In this document: in pieces, positions 1 to 9,072 of the stretch | How the letters are laid out: each line of letters opens with the position of its first letter | How positions within the stretch are numbered: position 1 is the first letter of the stretch | DNA from: Desulfobacterales bacterium | Lineage (GTDB): Bacteria > Desulfobacterota > Desulfobacteria > Desulfobacterales > JAFDDL01 | Assembly (NCBI GenBank): GCA_040235505.1 | Contig: JBECKW010000034.1 | Span: 1 to 51,522 of the forward strand | Direction: 5' to 3' | DNA length: 51,522 bases | Translations under genes and position numbers: made by a program | Notes under the pieces: generated by a model | The model's database searches: none | What the model was told of the DNA's origin: nothing | Seen by the model: only the letters and a program-made list of their open reading frames with translations

Positions 1-2
1 TT

Positions 3-581
3 CTTACCGGCAAGTCCTTAATGTTCTATGCTGATAAAAATAACCTGTTGCCCGTCCCGATGGTGTACGAAATTATCATTCAGGTGGCGGAAGCGCTTGC
101 CTATGCCCACAGTCAACATGTGATTCACCGGGATATCAAGCCCGGCAATATTATCTATAATGAGAAGGAAGGCCATGTCAAAGTAACCGATTTCGGTATT
201 GCACGGCTTATAGACACCGCCGTTACAAGCACACACACCATTCTGGGGAGCCCCTCTTTCATGGCACCCGAGCAGCTCAAGGGGTCAAAAGTGGATGGCA
301 GGGCGGACATTTTCAGCCTGGGCGTCACATTTTTTCAACTGCTGACGGGCCGATTCCCGTTTGGTGGGGGCGATCTGGCAACCATCACCTACCAGATTAC
401 AAATGAAGAAACGCCGGATGTAACGGAGTTCCGGACAGGTCTCCCCGAAAGCGCAAGGGAAATCATTTTCAAGGCCCTGGAAAAAGAGCCGGGCCAACGG
501 TATCAGACTGCCGAGGAAATGGCTGAGGCATTGCGCAGGGGCGCGCCGAGATCCCCGGGTGGAAAAAGAAAGAAGTCTTAA
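3..581 (+). CDS. Hanks-type serine/threonine protein kinase, C-terminal part (5' end lies outside the window)
   Basis: Frame is open from base 3. Catalytic motifs IHRDIKPGN, VTDFGIA, GSPSFMAPEQ, ADIFSLG. Confidence 0.93.
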   Translation, partial: LTGKSLMFYADKNNLLPVPMVYEIIIQVAEALAYAHSQHVIHRDIKPGNIIYNEKEGHVKVTDFGIARLIDTAVTSTHTILGSPSFMAPEQLKGSKVDGRADIFSLGVTFFQLLTGRFPFGGGDLATITYQITNEETPDVTEFRTGLPESAREIIFKALEKEPGQRYQTAEEMAEALRRGAPRSPGGKRKKS

Positions 582-588
582 AAGCCCC

Positions 589-617
589 TTGACGGATATG
601 TCCCCTGCCCATAAGAT
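589..617 (+). promoter_or_regulatory. Candidate sigma70 promoter for the cooC-like operon
   Basis: TTGACG (589-594), 17 bp spacer, TAAGAT (612-617). AAGGAG RBS at 701-706. Confidence 0.5.
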
Positions 618-716
618 AAAAAACTTCGAGCCAATGCTTGAAGAATCGGGTCCAAACAAAAAAAGGGTAACAAAACCGCATGCATGGCGGTTTCCAGTAA
701 AAGGAGTATCAGAAAC

Positions 717-1466
717 ATGCCTTATTCGATTGCACTTGCCGGTAAAGGCGGCACCGGGAAAACCACCCTGGCGGGCCTTTTGGTAAAATATCTTGTCAGC
801 AAAGGAAAAACCCCCGTCCTGGCCGTGGATGCCGACAGCAATGCCAACTTGAACGAGGTGCTTGGCATGGAGGTCACCGATACCCTCGGACAGGCCCGGG
901 AGGACATGAAGAAGGGTGAGGTACCGAACGGGATGACCAAGGATGTGTTCATGTCCATGCGTCTCGAGGAAGCCATCGTTGAATCGGACGGATTCGACCT
1001 GGTGGTCATGGGACAGCCCGAGGGCGCCGGCTGCTATTGCGCGGCAAACAGCCTGCTGGCGGGCTTTCTGGACCGGCTTACGGGAAACTACCCCTACATG
1101 GTCATGGACAACGAGGCAGGAATGGAGCACATCAGCCGTCTGACCACCCATAATGTCGATGTGCTGGTTCTGGTCTCGGACACCTCCCGCCGAAGTCTTC
1201 AGGCGGCGGTCCGTATTGACCGGCTGGCCCGAAGCCTCAATATCGGGGTGGGAAAAAGCTATCTGGTGGTCAATCAGGTTAAAAACGGCCTCTCCAAAGA
1301 AGCACTGGATCTGATCGAAGCGGAAAATCTGACCCTGGCCGGTACGATTCCGGATGATTCAGACATCTATGATTTCGATTTTCAGGGCCGTGCCACCATC
1401 GATATTCCGGAGGAAAGCGGGGCGTTGAAAGCGGCCTTCGAGATTTTCGATAAAATTATTCAGTAA
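717..1466 (+). CDS. cooC: CooC/AcsF-type CO dehydrogenase/acetyl-CoA synthase nickel-insertion ATPase
   Basis: Deviant Walker A GKGGTGKTT, VDAD, Ni-binding GCYC, DNEAGMEH. ATG at 717 follows AAGGAG. Confidence 0.9.
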   Translation: MPYSIALAGKGGTGKTTLAGLLVKYLVSKGKTPVLAVDADSNANLNEVLGMEVTDTLGQAREDMKKGEVPNGMTKDVFMSMRLEEAIVESDGFDLVVMGQPEGAGCYCAANSLLAGFLDRLTGNYPYMVMDNEAGMEHISRLTTHNVDVLVLVSDTSRRSLQAAVRIDRLARSLNIGVGKSYLVVNQVKNGLSKEALDLIEAENLTLAGTIPDDSDIYDFDFQGRATIDIPEESGALKAAFEIFDKIIQ

Positions 1467-2299
1467 TGGGTCTTTCCCCTTACGACGATCTGTTTATTTA
1501 CTACCTGGAAGGACGGATGTCCCGGCCCTGGGAGATGAATTTCGACCGGTTCATCGGAAACTGGGAGGAAGACGGGTATACATTTCTTTTTTTTACCGCC
1601 GCCGCCTCGGACCAGGTCAGCGCCCTCCTGAAAAAAGAACCCGGGCTCACTCTGATCGATGAGTATCGGATGACCTATGAAGAATGGCAGGGAGGAAAAC
1701 CCGGACCCATCCAAATCAGCCGGTTTACCATTCTGCCCCCCTGGTGCCGGAATGATGATGTGTCCACCATCGCCCCGGACACCGACGAAATTCTGCTGGA
1801 CCCGGGGGTCGTTTTCGGAAACGGCCTGCATCCCACCACCCGGGACTGCCTGGAAGCCATGGAAATGGCCTTTTCGGGCCGCCGCATCGACACCGTTCTG
1901 GACCTGGGCACCGGTACCGGGCTTTTGGCCCTGGCCGCCGCAAAACTCGGATGCCGAAGATGTCTGGCCCTCGACTTCAATCTCCTGGCCGCCCGTACGA
2001 CCCTTGAGAATGTCCGGCTCAACGGGTTCGAGAACGTTGTAATGGTATGTCAGGGCCGGGCGGAACAGTTTGTTTCCACGCCGGCGGATCTTCTGGTGGC
2101 CAACATCCACTTTGATGTCATGCGGTATCTGGTGGCTTCCGCAGAGTTTCTATCCAAAAAAACGTTTATTCTTTCCGGACTGCTGCGAAGCGAGGCCAGG
2201 CAGATTGATGAGGCGCTGTCAAACATGCCGGTTCGAATCCTTCACCGGTGGCAGCGGGATAACATTTGGCATACGTTTTACGGAGAAAGACAGGAGTAA
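1466..2299 (+). CDS. PrmA-like (ribosomal protein L11 methyltransferase family) SAM-dependent protein methyltransferase
   Basis: LDPGVVFGNGLHPTTRDCL, VLDLGTGTGLL, LVANI, ILSGLL. TAATG overlap with cooC. N-terminal domain is divergent from canonical PrmA. Confidence 0.8.
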   Translation: MGLSPYDDLFIYYLEGRMSRPWEMNFDRFIGNWEEDGYTFLFFTAAASDQVSALLKKEPGLTLIDEYRMTYEEWQGGKPGPIQISRFTILPPWCRNDDVSTIAPDTDEILLDPGVVFGNGLHPTTRDCLEAMEMAFSGRRIDTVLDLGTGTGLLALAAAKLGCRRCLALDFNLLAARTTLENVRLNGFENVVMVCQGRAEQFVSTPADLLVANIHFDVMRYLVASAEFLSKKTFILSGLLRSEARQIDEALSNMPVRILHRWQRDNIWHTFYGERQE

Positions 2300-2303
2300 A
2301 GCA

Positions 2304-3053
2304 GTGGACGGCACCTTAATTGATAAAGCGGCGGATGTCATTTCGCAAAGCCGCCTCACCGTGGCCCTCACCGGCGCCGGTATCTCCGTTGAAAGCGGTA
2401 TTCCCCCGTTCCGTGGAAAAGGCGGCATCTGGGAAATTTACGATCCCATGGAGTATGCCACCATCGATGCCTTTCTCAGAAACCCTGAAAAGGTCTGGCG
2501 CGTGCTTCTCATGGCCACCATCAATGATCTGAAAAAGGCCGTACCGAACCGGGCGCATACCGGCCTCGCCCGGCTGGAAGCCGCCGGGCTGCTCCGGAGT
2601 GTGATCACCCAGAATGTGGACGGACTTCACCAGCAGGCCGGCAGCCGGGATGTCATCGAATTTCATGGCTCCTTTGCAAGCTACCGCTGCATCCGCTGCA
2701 ACCGAAAGACCGATATCGACCACCTGGACCTCTCCCGTCTGCCGCCCGACTGCGACTGCGGTGGAATTTTCAGGCCCGACTGCGTATTCTTCGGAGAAAT
2801 GATCCCGCCGCAACACCTGGAGCGCTCCCACATCCTCGCCGTCCAATGCGAAGTGATGCTGGTGGTGGGCACCTCGGCGACTGTCCAGCCGGCGGCGGAC
2901 CTTCCGCTCGTGGCGAAACAATCCGGGGCTGTTGTCATTGAGGTCAATCGCGATAAAACGCCCCTGACCCGCCGGGTCAGCGACATTTTTCTCCAGGGGG
3001 AAGCGGGTCTCCTCATGGACCAACTGGCAACCGAAGTGGAACGTCGCCTATGA
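2304..3053 (+). CDS. cobB: NAD-dependent protein deacylase (Sir2/CobB family)
   Basis: TGAGISVESGIPPFRG, TQNVDGLHQQAG, FHGS, CxxC...CxC zinc site, VGTS. GTG at 2304 follows AGGAG. Confidence 0.92.
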   Translation: MDGTLIDKAADVISQSRLTVALTGAGISVESGIPPFRGKGGIWEIYDPMEYATIDAFLRNPEKVWRVLLMATINDLKKAVPNRAHTGLARLEAAGLLRSVITQNVDGLHQQAGSRDVIEFHGSFASYRCIRCNRKTDIDHLDLSRLPPDCDCGGIFRPDCVFFGEMIPPQHLERSHILAVQCEVMLVVGTSATVQPAADLPLVAKQSGAVVIEVNRDKTPLTRRVSDIFLQGEAGLLMDQLATEVERRL

Positions 3054-4618
3054 ACTCTCAACAACCACCTGATAGATCCGGATGGATTATCCCTGTCACC
3101 CTGACGCCGCCCAGTCTTTCCGACAACACCGCCGACGCCGACAGATTGCTTTGCACCTTGAAACAGACGCTTCAAACGGAAAGGTTGCGAATCGACCCGC
3201 CGCTGCTTCGGAACCTGCCCTCACGCCTGAGAGATGCCGGATGGGAGGTTCGGTGCGTAGTATTCCGGGACCGGGATTGCGCGATTCTTCTGGATGTTTC
3301 GGCCTCCCGGGAGATTCGACCCGCCGCCGGTCTGGCCGTGGACTTGGGCACCACCCGGGTGGTCATGAGACTGATGGATCTTGACGCCGGTTTCACTTTG
3401 GGAGAGACGGCCTTCGACAACCCCCAGGGGCGCATCGGGCCGGACATCCTGGCCCGCATCCATCATGCCGACACAGCGGAGGGCCTGGGGCAGCTCGGGC
3501 GGCTCGTTGTGGACGGCATCAATACGCATATCGCCGGGCTTTGCAACCATGCGGGGATATCGCCCGACAACGTATACGCCATGAGCCTGGCGGGTAATAC
3601 CGCCATGACCCACCTTTTTCTCGGCCTTTGCCCCCGCTGGATCATCCGGGAACCTTACATTCCGGTCGTCAATACCCCGCCGGTCTGGTCCGCGAAAGAC
3701 CTGGGCATCGATATTTCAGCCTGCGGACGCGTCCTCGTGTTTCCCAATGTGGGAAGCTATTTCGGGGGGGACCTCATTGCCGGAATGCTCCATTCGGGGA
3801 TTCATAAAAAGGAGGAGACATCCTTCCTGGTGGATGTGGGAACCAATGCCGAAGTGCTTCTTGGAAACCGGCACTGGCTCATGGCCTGCGCCGGTGCGGC
3901 GGGTCCGGCCCTGGAGGGAGGTGCCGCCCGGATGGGAATGCCCGCCGGTCCCGGCGCCATTGACCGGGTCCGAATCCATCCGGACGCGAAGCGATTCGAG
4001 CTTCATACCATCGATGAAAAGCCGGCCCGGGGGATCTGCGGTTCAGGCTTGATCGATCTGGCCGCCCAGCTCTTTGCCGCCGGAATGATCGATATCCGGG
4101 GAAAGTTCGTGGACTCCCAATGCGATGACAGGCTTCTGGATCTGGACGGGGTGCGGCACCTGGTGGTGGTGCCGGCCGGCAGCTCCCAAACCGGCGAAGC
4201 GCTGACCCTTTCCCAGACGGACCTTGACAGTCTTATCCGGTCCAAGGCCGCCATGTACACTATTTTAAACACCATCGCCGATTCGGTGGGCATCGATTTT
4301 GCCGACATCGACACCTTTTACGTGGCCGGCACCTTCGGGGCCTTCATCGACCCGGAATCGGCCATCGGTATCGGCATGCTGCCGGACCTTCCCCGGGAGC
4401 GGTTTGTGCCGATCGGCAACAGCTCCCTGGAGGGGGCAGCCCTGGCGCTCATTACCAATAATTGTCTTCCGGAGATCGACGCCATCCGGGATCGGGTGAC
4501 CTATATGGAGCTCAACGTCAACCAAGCCTTCATGGCCCGGTTTTCCGCAGCAAAATTCCTGCCCCACACGGACCGGGCGCTCTTTCCCTCGGTTAAAATA
4601 CCGGGCGTAGAGGAATGA
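3050..4618 (+). CDS. ASKHA-domain ATP-dependent reductive activator of corrinoid proteins (RACo/AcsV, DUF4445), without an N-terminal [2Fe-2S] domain
   Basis: DLGTT, DVGTNAE, AGPALEG, GICGSG, AGTFG, GNSSLEGA motifs. ATGA overlap with the sirtuin stop. Confidence 0.88.
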   Translation: MNSQQPPDRSGWIIPVTLTPPSLSDNTADADRLLCTLKQTLQTERLRIDPPLLRNLPSRLRDAGWEVRCVVFRDRDCAILLDVSASREIRPAAGLAVDLGTTRVVMRLMDLDAGFTLGETAFDNPQGRIGPDILARIHHADTAEGLGQLGRLVVDGINTHIAGLCNHAGISPDNVYAMSLAGNTAMTHLFLGLCPRWIIREPYIPVVNTPPVWSAKDLGIDISACGRVLVFPNVGSYFGGDLIAGMLHSGIHKKEETSFLVDVGTNAEVLLGNRHWLMACAGAAGPALEGGAARMGMPAGPGAIDRVRIHPDAKRFELHTIDEKPARGICGSGLIDLAAQLFAAGMIDIRGKFVDSQCDDRLLDLDGVRHLVVVPAGSSQTGEALTLSQTDLDSLIRSKAAMYTILNTIADSVGIDFADIDTFYVAGTFGAFIDPESAIGIGMLPDLPRERFVPIGNSSLEGAALALITNNCLPEIDAIRDRVTYMELNVNQAFMARFSAAKFLPHTDRALFPSVKIPGVEE

Positions 4619-4622
4619 ATCA

Positions 4623-5008
4623 CCCGAATCTGATTTTTTCATGGGATCATGCTCGGGTTGGGACCCGCTGAGCCGGGGTGGGAATTTGATGAAAGCCAGC
4701 TCGAACTCGCGAAAAACAGTTCCTAAAGAAAATCAGCGCCGGAACCATTGGAGATTCAATTCCATGATCCACGGATCGCACAGGACACATTTCCGAGACC
4801 TCATTCTGATTTTCTTAAGGACCTGTAATTCGCTTCAAACAAGCGACCAGGCTTTCATCAAATTCCCACCCCGGCTCAGCTATTTGGCGTGATATGAAAC
4901 GTCGTTATGGGGACATCTAAAATCGGAAAAGCCGAAGGCAAGACTCGATGCCGGAAGTCTCGGACTGTTTGAGTAGATTAGAACCCGTTGGGAAAATCAG
5001 ATCAAGGG
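4623..5008. repeat. Nested long inverted-repeat element between convergent genes
   Basis: Perfect 31 bp IR 4667-4697/4850-4880. Inner 24/28 IR 4709-4736/4806-4833. Degenerate outer IR 4623-4648/4981-5008. Confidence 0.85.
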
Positions 5009-5043
5009 AGGCGCTAAAAAAACCGTGTGATTGACCTCCCATC

Positions 5044-6840
5044 CTATCCCACCCGAAACAGATGAATATACCTGGGATCGATATCGTCGGGTTGGAGGGC
5101 CCCCAGCTCTTCATCCACCCGGTCGAAGAGTTCGTCCAGAACGCCGCCGAGGCGCCCGGTGATCTCTTCGGCCGACACTCCCGACCGCCCGGAGAGCCAG
5201 GTTAAAAAGGAGGTTTTCATGGTTTTGGTGGTCCTGAACCAGGGCTCGTCCTGCGTCTTTCCCGGGGCGAAGAGCATCTTGAAAAAGGCCTTGAATTCTT
5301 TTTTCGGGATCGGGGTCAGGCGACCCTGGGTATTGAAATCTCCGGCCTCCTCAACCCCCGAATATGCCCGCACCCAAAGGGTCAGGATCAGGTTCTGCCA
5401 GGTCAAAAGATAGCCGGGGTCTTTTTCACAGCGAATCCCCATACCGGCCAAAAGCTCATCCACGGCCATGATATTTGAAAGGACCTGCCCGGTGGCCTCG
5501 ATCTCTTCCAGGGATTTAAACTCCCGATACAGGCCTCGGCCGGTCCGGTAATTATCGAAGTAGAGCGGTTTTTCAACCATCAGGCCCCCCAGGACCCCCA
5601 GCCAGCTTTCCCCCCAGAAGGTCAGTGGCAGTCCGGCCTTTTCATACCAGGCCGTTTTCCGCCACCGCGCAACCCGCCATTTCAAGGAAAGGGCCCGGCC
5701 ATAGCCGAAGCGAAATATCTGGGAGAGGGGAAGACGCTCGATCAACGAGGCCATGGCGGCGGCTTTTTTTCCTTTTGCCGCCGCATGCTCTGAGGAACTT
5801 GCTTCAAGGCCGATATTCAGATAGCCGCAGACCTTTTCGACCACCGTTTGCAGCGCCTCCTTCGCCTGAATTTTCTGCTGGTCCGCGGCGATGACCTGGT
5901 TGCACAGGGAGACAAATTCCGTTTGGATACGCTGCAGCAGAAAGGGCGTGTCGATTTCCTGAAGAGCGTCCGAGAACGGCATGCCCTGCCGAAGCAGCTT
6001 GACGGGATAAAGCGGCGCCATCAGCGCCTCGTCATCTTCCTCACCCCGTCCAAAGGTCTTGGCAGGCTGACTGCCCAATGCCTCCGGGGAGATCGGCTGG
6101 TATATCCCCACCGCCTCTTCAAAAGGAAGGAAGCCTTTTTCCGCCATCCGCACGTTGCGAAGGCGATACACCTCTTCCTCCATCTCTGCCGGCATGAGGC
6201 TGGCCGCCTCCAGGAGAATTTTCTGATACGCCGCATGGTGGAGATCCGCCAGGCGGGCAAGAAGCTTCTGAAAAAATCCGCGCCGCTGGTCATCCATTAT
6301 CTTTTCAGTCGAATCCGACGCCAACGCCTCGGAAGGCTCCAGAAGGGGATCGTCCAGAATGCGCAGGTAATAGATATCGTCATGGGTGAAAAACTCATCC
6401 CCGAAACTGGAGGGGTCCTGGTCGTGCTCCCGAAGCACCACCTGGATGTTTCGGAACAGAAGAAGCTCCAGAAGCCCGGTCTGATCCTTGAGAAGCCAGG
6501 AGGTCACCCGATCCGGGTCCGCCATGAGCATGGCGCTGAGCCATCCGGTCATGGCGGGAACATTGAGCCGGTCCCGATGCCACCCCTCCATATCGAGGAC
6601 ATATTCCCGCTGCCGGTCGGAGGCAAGGGCCAGAAGGGGCAGGGCATCGCCGAGGCCGATATCGTGAATCAGGAAATAAAAATCCTGCTCCGGGAAGGAG
6701 TGCACCAGTGCAGCCGGCTGCTTTTCCGCCATGATTTTCGACAGTGCCGTTTCGGGGGGCAGGGAAAGAATCTCTTCCCGCCGCTTCCGAAGGCCGGCAA
6801 GCCGCTCCAGTCGCTGGTTTTCAGGCAGGTTATCGTTCAT
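5044..6840 (-). CDS. Conserved hypothetical protein, DUF6178-like
   Basis: 598 aa helical acidic protein. Motifs such as EEEVYRLRNVRMAEKGF resemble the deltaproteobacterial DUF6178 family as I recall it. Confidence 0.7.
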   Translation of the reverse strand: MNDNLPENQRLERLAGLRKRREEILSLPPETALSKIMAEKQPAALVHSFPEQDFYFLIHDIGLGDALPLLALASDRQREYVLDMEGWHRDRLNVPAMTGWLSAMLMADPDRVTSWLLKDQTGLLELLLFRNIQVVLREHDQDPSSFGDEFFTHDDIYYLRILDDPLLEPSEALASDSTEKIMDDQRRGFFQKLLARLADLHHAAYQKILLEAASLMPAEMEEEVYRLRNVRMAEKGFLPFEEAVGIYQPISPEALGSQPAKTFGRGEEDDEALMAPLYPVKLLRQGMPFSDALQEIDTPFLLQRIQTEFVSLCNQVIAADQQKIQAKEALQTVVEKVCGYLNIGLEASSSEHAAAKGKKAAAMASLIERLPLSQIFRFGYGRALSLKWRVARWRKTAWYEKAGLPLTFWGESWLGVLGGLMVEKPLYFDNYRTGRGLYREFKSLEEIEATGQVLSNIMAVDELLAGMGIRCEKDPGYLLTWQNLILTLWVRAYSGVEEAGDFNTQGRLTPIPKKEFKAFFKMLFAPGKTQDEPWFRTTKTMKTSFLTWLSGRSGVSAEEITGRLGGVLDELFDRVDEELGALQPDDIDPRYIHLFRVG

Positions 6841-6873
6841 TCTATTTTAAATAGTCTCGTTAAAAGTAAAATT

Positions 6874-6961
6874 ACCACAGAGAACTCAGAGAGCACAGAG
6901 GTCTCAGAAGAAAGGATTTATTTTTCTCTGAGACCTCTGTGCTCTCTGTGCTCTCTGTGGT
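6874..6961. repeat. Palindromic element built from CACAGAG(AG)-type tandem units
   Basis: Arms 6874-6908 and 6927-6961 are reverse complements at 33/35 positions. AT-rich 18 nt spacer. Confidence 0.92.
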
Positions 6962-7010
6962 GAAAAATATGCACTTTTGCGTTACTGTCAATTCTTGCTT
7001 GCTGGAAAGG

Positions 7011-8999
7011 CTACTTACCGGACAAAAGCTGTGCCGGCGTAACCACGGCGCCGAAGGTACTTTTAAGCGCCGTAAGCCCCTCTTTCTGAACTTTGATAAT
7101 CTCAAAAAAGCGTTCCGGGATATGAGGCTCTTTTCCGTAGGCGACTTCCTGGAGTTCAAGGCGCTTCAGGATATTGTCACAATATAGTGAAAACTGCTTG
7201 ATGTAGAGCTCTTCCGGATAGTCCTTGTCGATCAGGGTGTTAAAAAGATCTTTGAGGTCTTCGTATTTCGGAAGATATCCGATGGGGGTTTCGATGGCCT
7301 CCAAATCTCCGTGGGCCTTTCGCTCGAGCCAGGCCAGCCATACCTTGACGTCCCGCTTTTCACCCAGGAGCTTTTTGGACTCTCCGCCCCGCGCTTCGTG
7401 GGTCAGAAAGTAGTTGAGCCCGGCAAGTACCGGCTGCTTGTCCGCGGCAATTTTGTCGTTTCCGAAAAACCGGAACTGCGCATCCATATAATCCCCGAGG
7501 GAGCCGGGAATGAACGGCGCATTGGCCCACGGAGCGCGTTTGACACCTGTGGCGCCCACCTCGGTAGCCGTGGCGGCGGAAACGATGCAGGCGCCGATCA
7601 CTACGCCTTCATCCGAACTCTTGGCCGCCCAGACCGGCGGCATGGTATCACTGTCCCGTCCGGAATAGGTAATTACCCGGATTTCGACCCCCGCCGGGTC
7701 TTCGGCCCGTTCCGAATAGTTGGACAGCGCTTTGGAGGCCAGGGTGCACCGGGCGTTGGGGTGGGAGATCGGTACCGGCTTTCCGGCGGCATTCAGTTTT
7801 CCCTCAAACCAGTCGCCCTGAAAATTGCGGCCTTTTTTCGGGGTGGGTTCTCCGTTGCCGGTCCAGTGGGGCACGCCGGTTTCATCGATCAGCACATTGG
7901 ACCAGATGACCTCGGTTCCCGGCTTTCGAAGAAGTTCCATCAGGTGCGGGTCACCCCCCCAGTTGACATCTTCCACGATACCGAAGATGCCGCATTCGGG
8001 ATTGATGGATCGAATGCTTCCCTCCGCATCGATCCAAAGCTGGGCCAGGTCATCCCCCACAAAACAATCGCCGGCCATAGCCGTCGTGGTTTTACCGCAT
8101 CCGGAAGGCGCCGCTCCCGCAATCCAGGTAACCCGTCCTCCGGGCCCTTGTATGCCGGTAATGAACATATGCTCCGATAGTTCCACCCCCTGCCCTTCAT
8201 ACACAGCCTTGTCCACGGCAAAGCGGTGGTTTCCCTTTTTCATTAGCAGGGTGTTTCCCGCATAGGTGCAGTTGAAACTGTAGGTGGTGCGCCAGCTGCG
8301 ATCCATGAAAACCCGGGCATTGGGCAGGTCCTCGAGTCGGTTGAGCCCCTCACTGTGGATATTGGCAAAAAAATGACCCGACTGGGCCACGGCGTCGTCA
8401 AATTGGGAAAATGCGTTCCGGTAGAGAATTTCGGCGCTGTGCATGACGTAGGCGCTGCTGGTGATCTCAATGGCCGGGTTGGCGGCGTGCGCACCCACCG
8501 GGCCCCGCATGTAAAGTCCGACCAGCATGGTTTTGCCACGCATGATGCCGGTCATAAATTCCCGGATTTCAACCGTGGCCTGGTCCCGCTGCATCTTGTT
8601 GGCAAGGCTGCTGACCTGCTCGCCCTCGTTGACAATATAATAGGTGCGGTCGATAATCCGGCCCTGTTCGTCCTTCAGGTCGTAATGGATCGTATGATCC
8701 TTCATGGGCAGCGCTTCTTCCTCTCCCTTTTGCAGGGAAAGCTCCCGAATAAACGCCCGGTCGGCCTCGGAGCCGGTGTTGATAAATACCGTATCCGGAT
8801 CGCACATGATCATTGCATTGGCGATTTTTATCAGCACTTCCTCTGTACGAATACTGCTGAGTTTGGCGTAATTGTCTTTGTCCAGCTTTTGACCGAGGAC
8901 CGTGGTGGCCTCGTTCAATGTCGCAATACCGCCGATGCTGGAAACGATATCCGTGCCTCTTTTAAGAACCAGACTGAAATCTTCCTTGTTCAGTGCCAT
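7011..8999 (-). CDS. pckG: Phosphoenolpyruvate carboxykinase (GTP)
   Basis: YAGNTLLMKK, LSEHMFI, P-loop APSGCGKTT, VGDDLA, NPECGIFG, HPNARCT, GRDSDT. AAGGAG RBS. Confidence 0.93.
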   Translation of the reverse strand: MALNKEDFSLVLKRGTDIVSSIGGIATLNEATTVLGQKLDKDNYAKLSSIRTEEVLIKIANAMIMCDPDTVFINTGSEADRAFIRELSLQKGEEEALPMKDHTIHYDLKDEQGRIIDRTYYIVNEGEQVSSLANKMQRDQATVEIREFMTGIMRGKTMLVGLYMRGPVGAHAANPAIEITSSAYVMHSAEILYRNAFSQFDDAVAQSGHFFANIHSEGLNRLEDLPNARVFMDRSWRTTYSFNCTYAGNTLLMKKGNHRFAVDKAVYEGQGVELSEHMFITGIQGPGGRVTWIAGAAPSGCGKTTTAMAGDCFVGDDLAQLWIDAEGSIRSINPECGIFGIVEDVNWGGDPHLMELLRKPGTEVIWSNVLIDETGVPHWTGNGEPTPKKGRNFQGDWFEGKLNAAGKPVPISHPNARCTLASKALSNYSERAEDPAGVEIRVITYSGRDSDTMPPVWAAKSSDEGVVIGACIVSAATATEVGATGVKRAPWANAPFIPGSLGDYMDAQFRFFGNDKIAADKQPVLAGLNYFLTHEARGGESKKLLGEKRDVKVWLAWLERKAHGDLEAIETPIGYLPKYEDLKDLFNTLIDKDYPEELYIKQFSLYCDNILKRLELQEVAYGKEPHIPERFFEIIKVQKEGLTALKSTFGAVVTPAQLLSGK

Positions 9000-9072
9000 A
9001 ATCCGTCTCCTTTTATGTCCGTTTACACTGGTCTATCCTACCGCATTGCAGATATGAAGACAGCATTTTATT

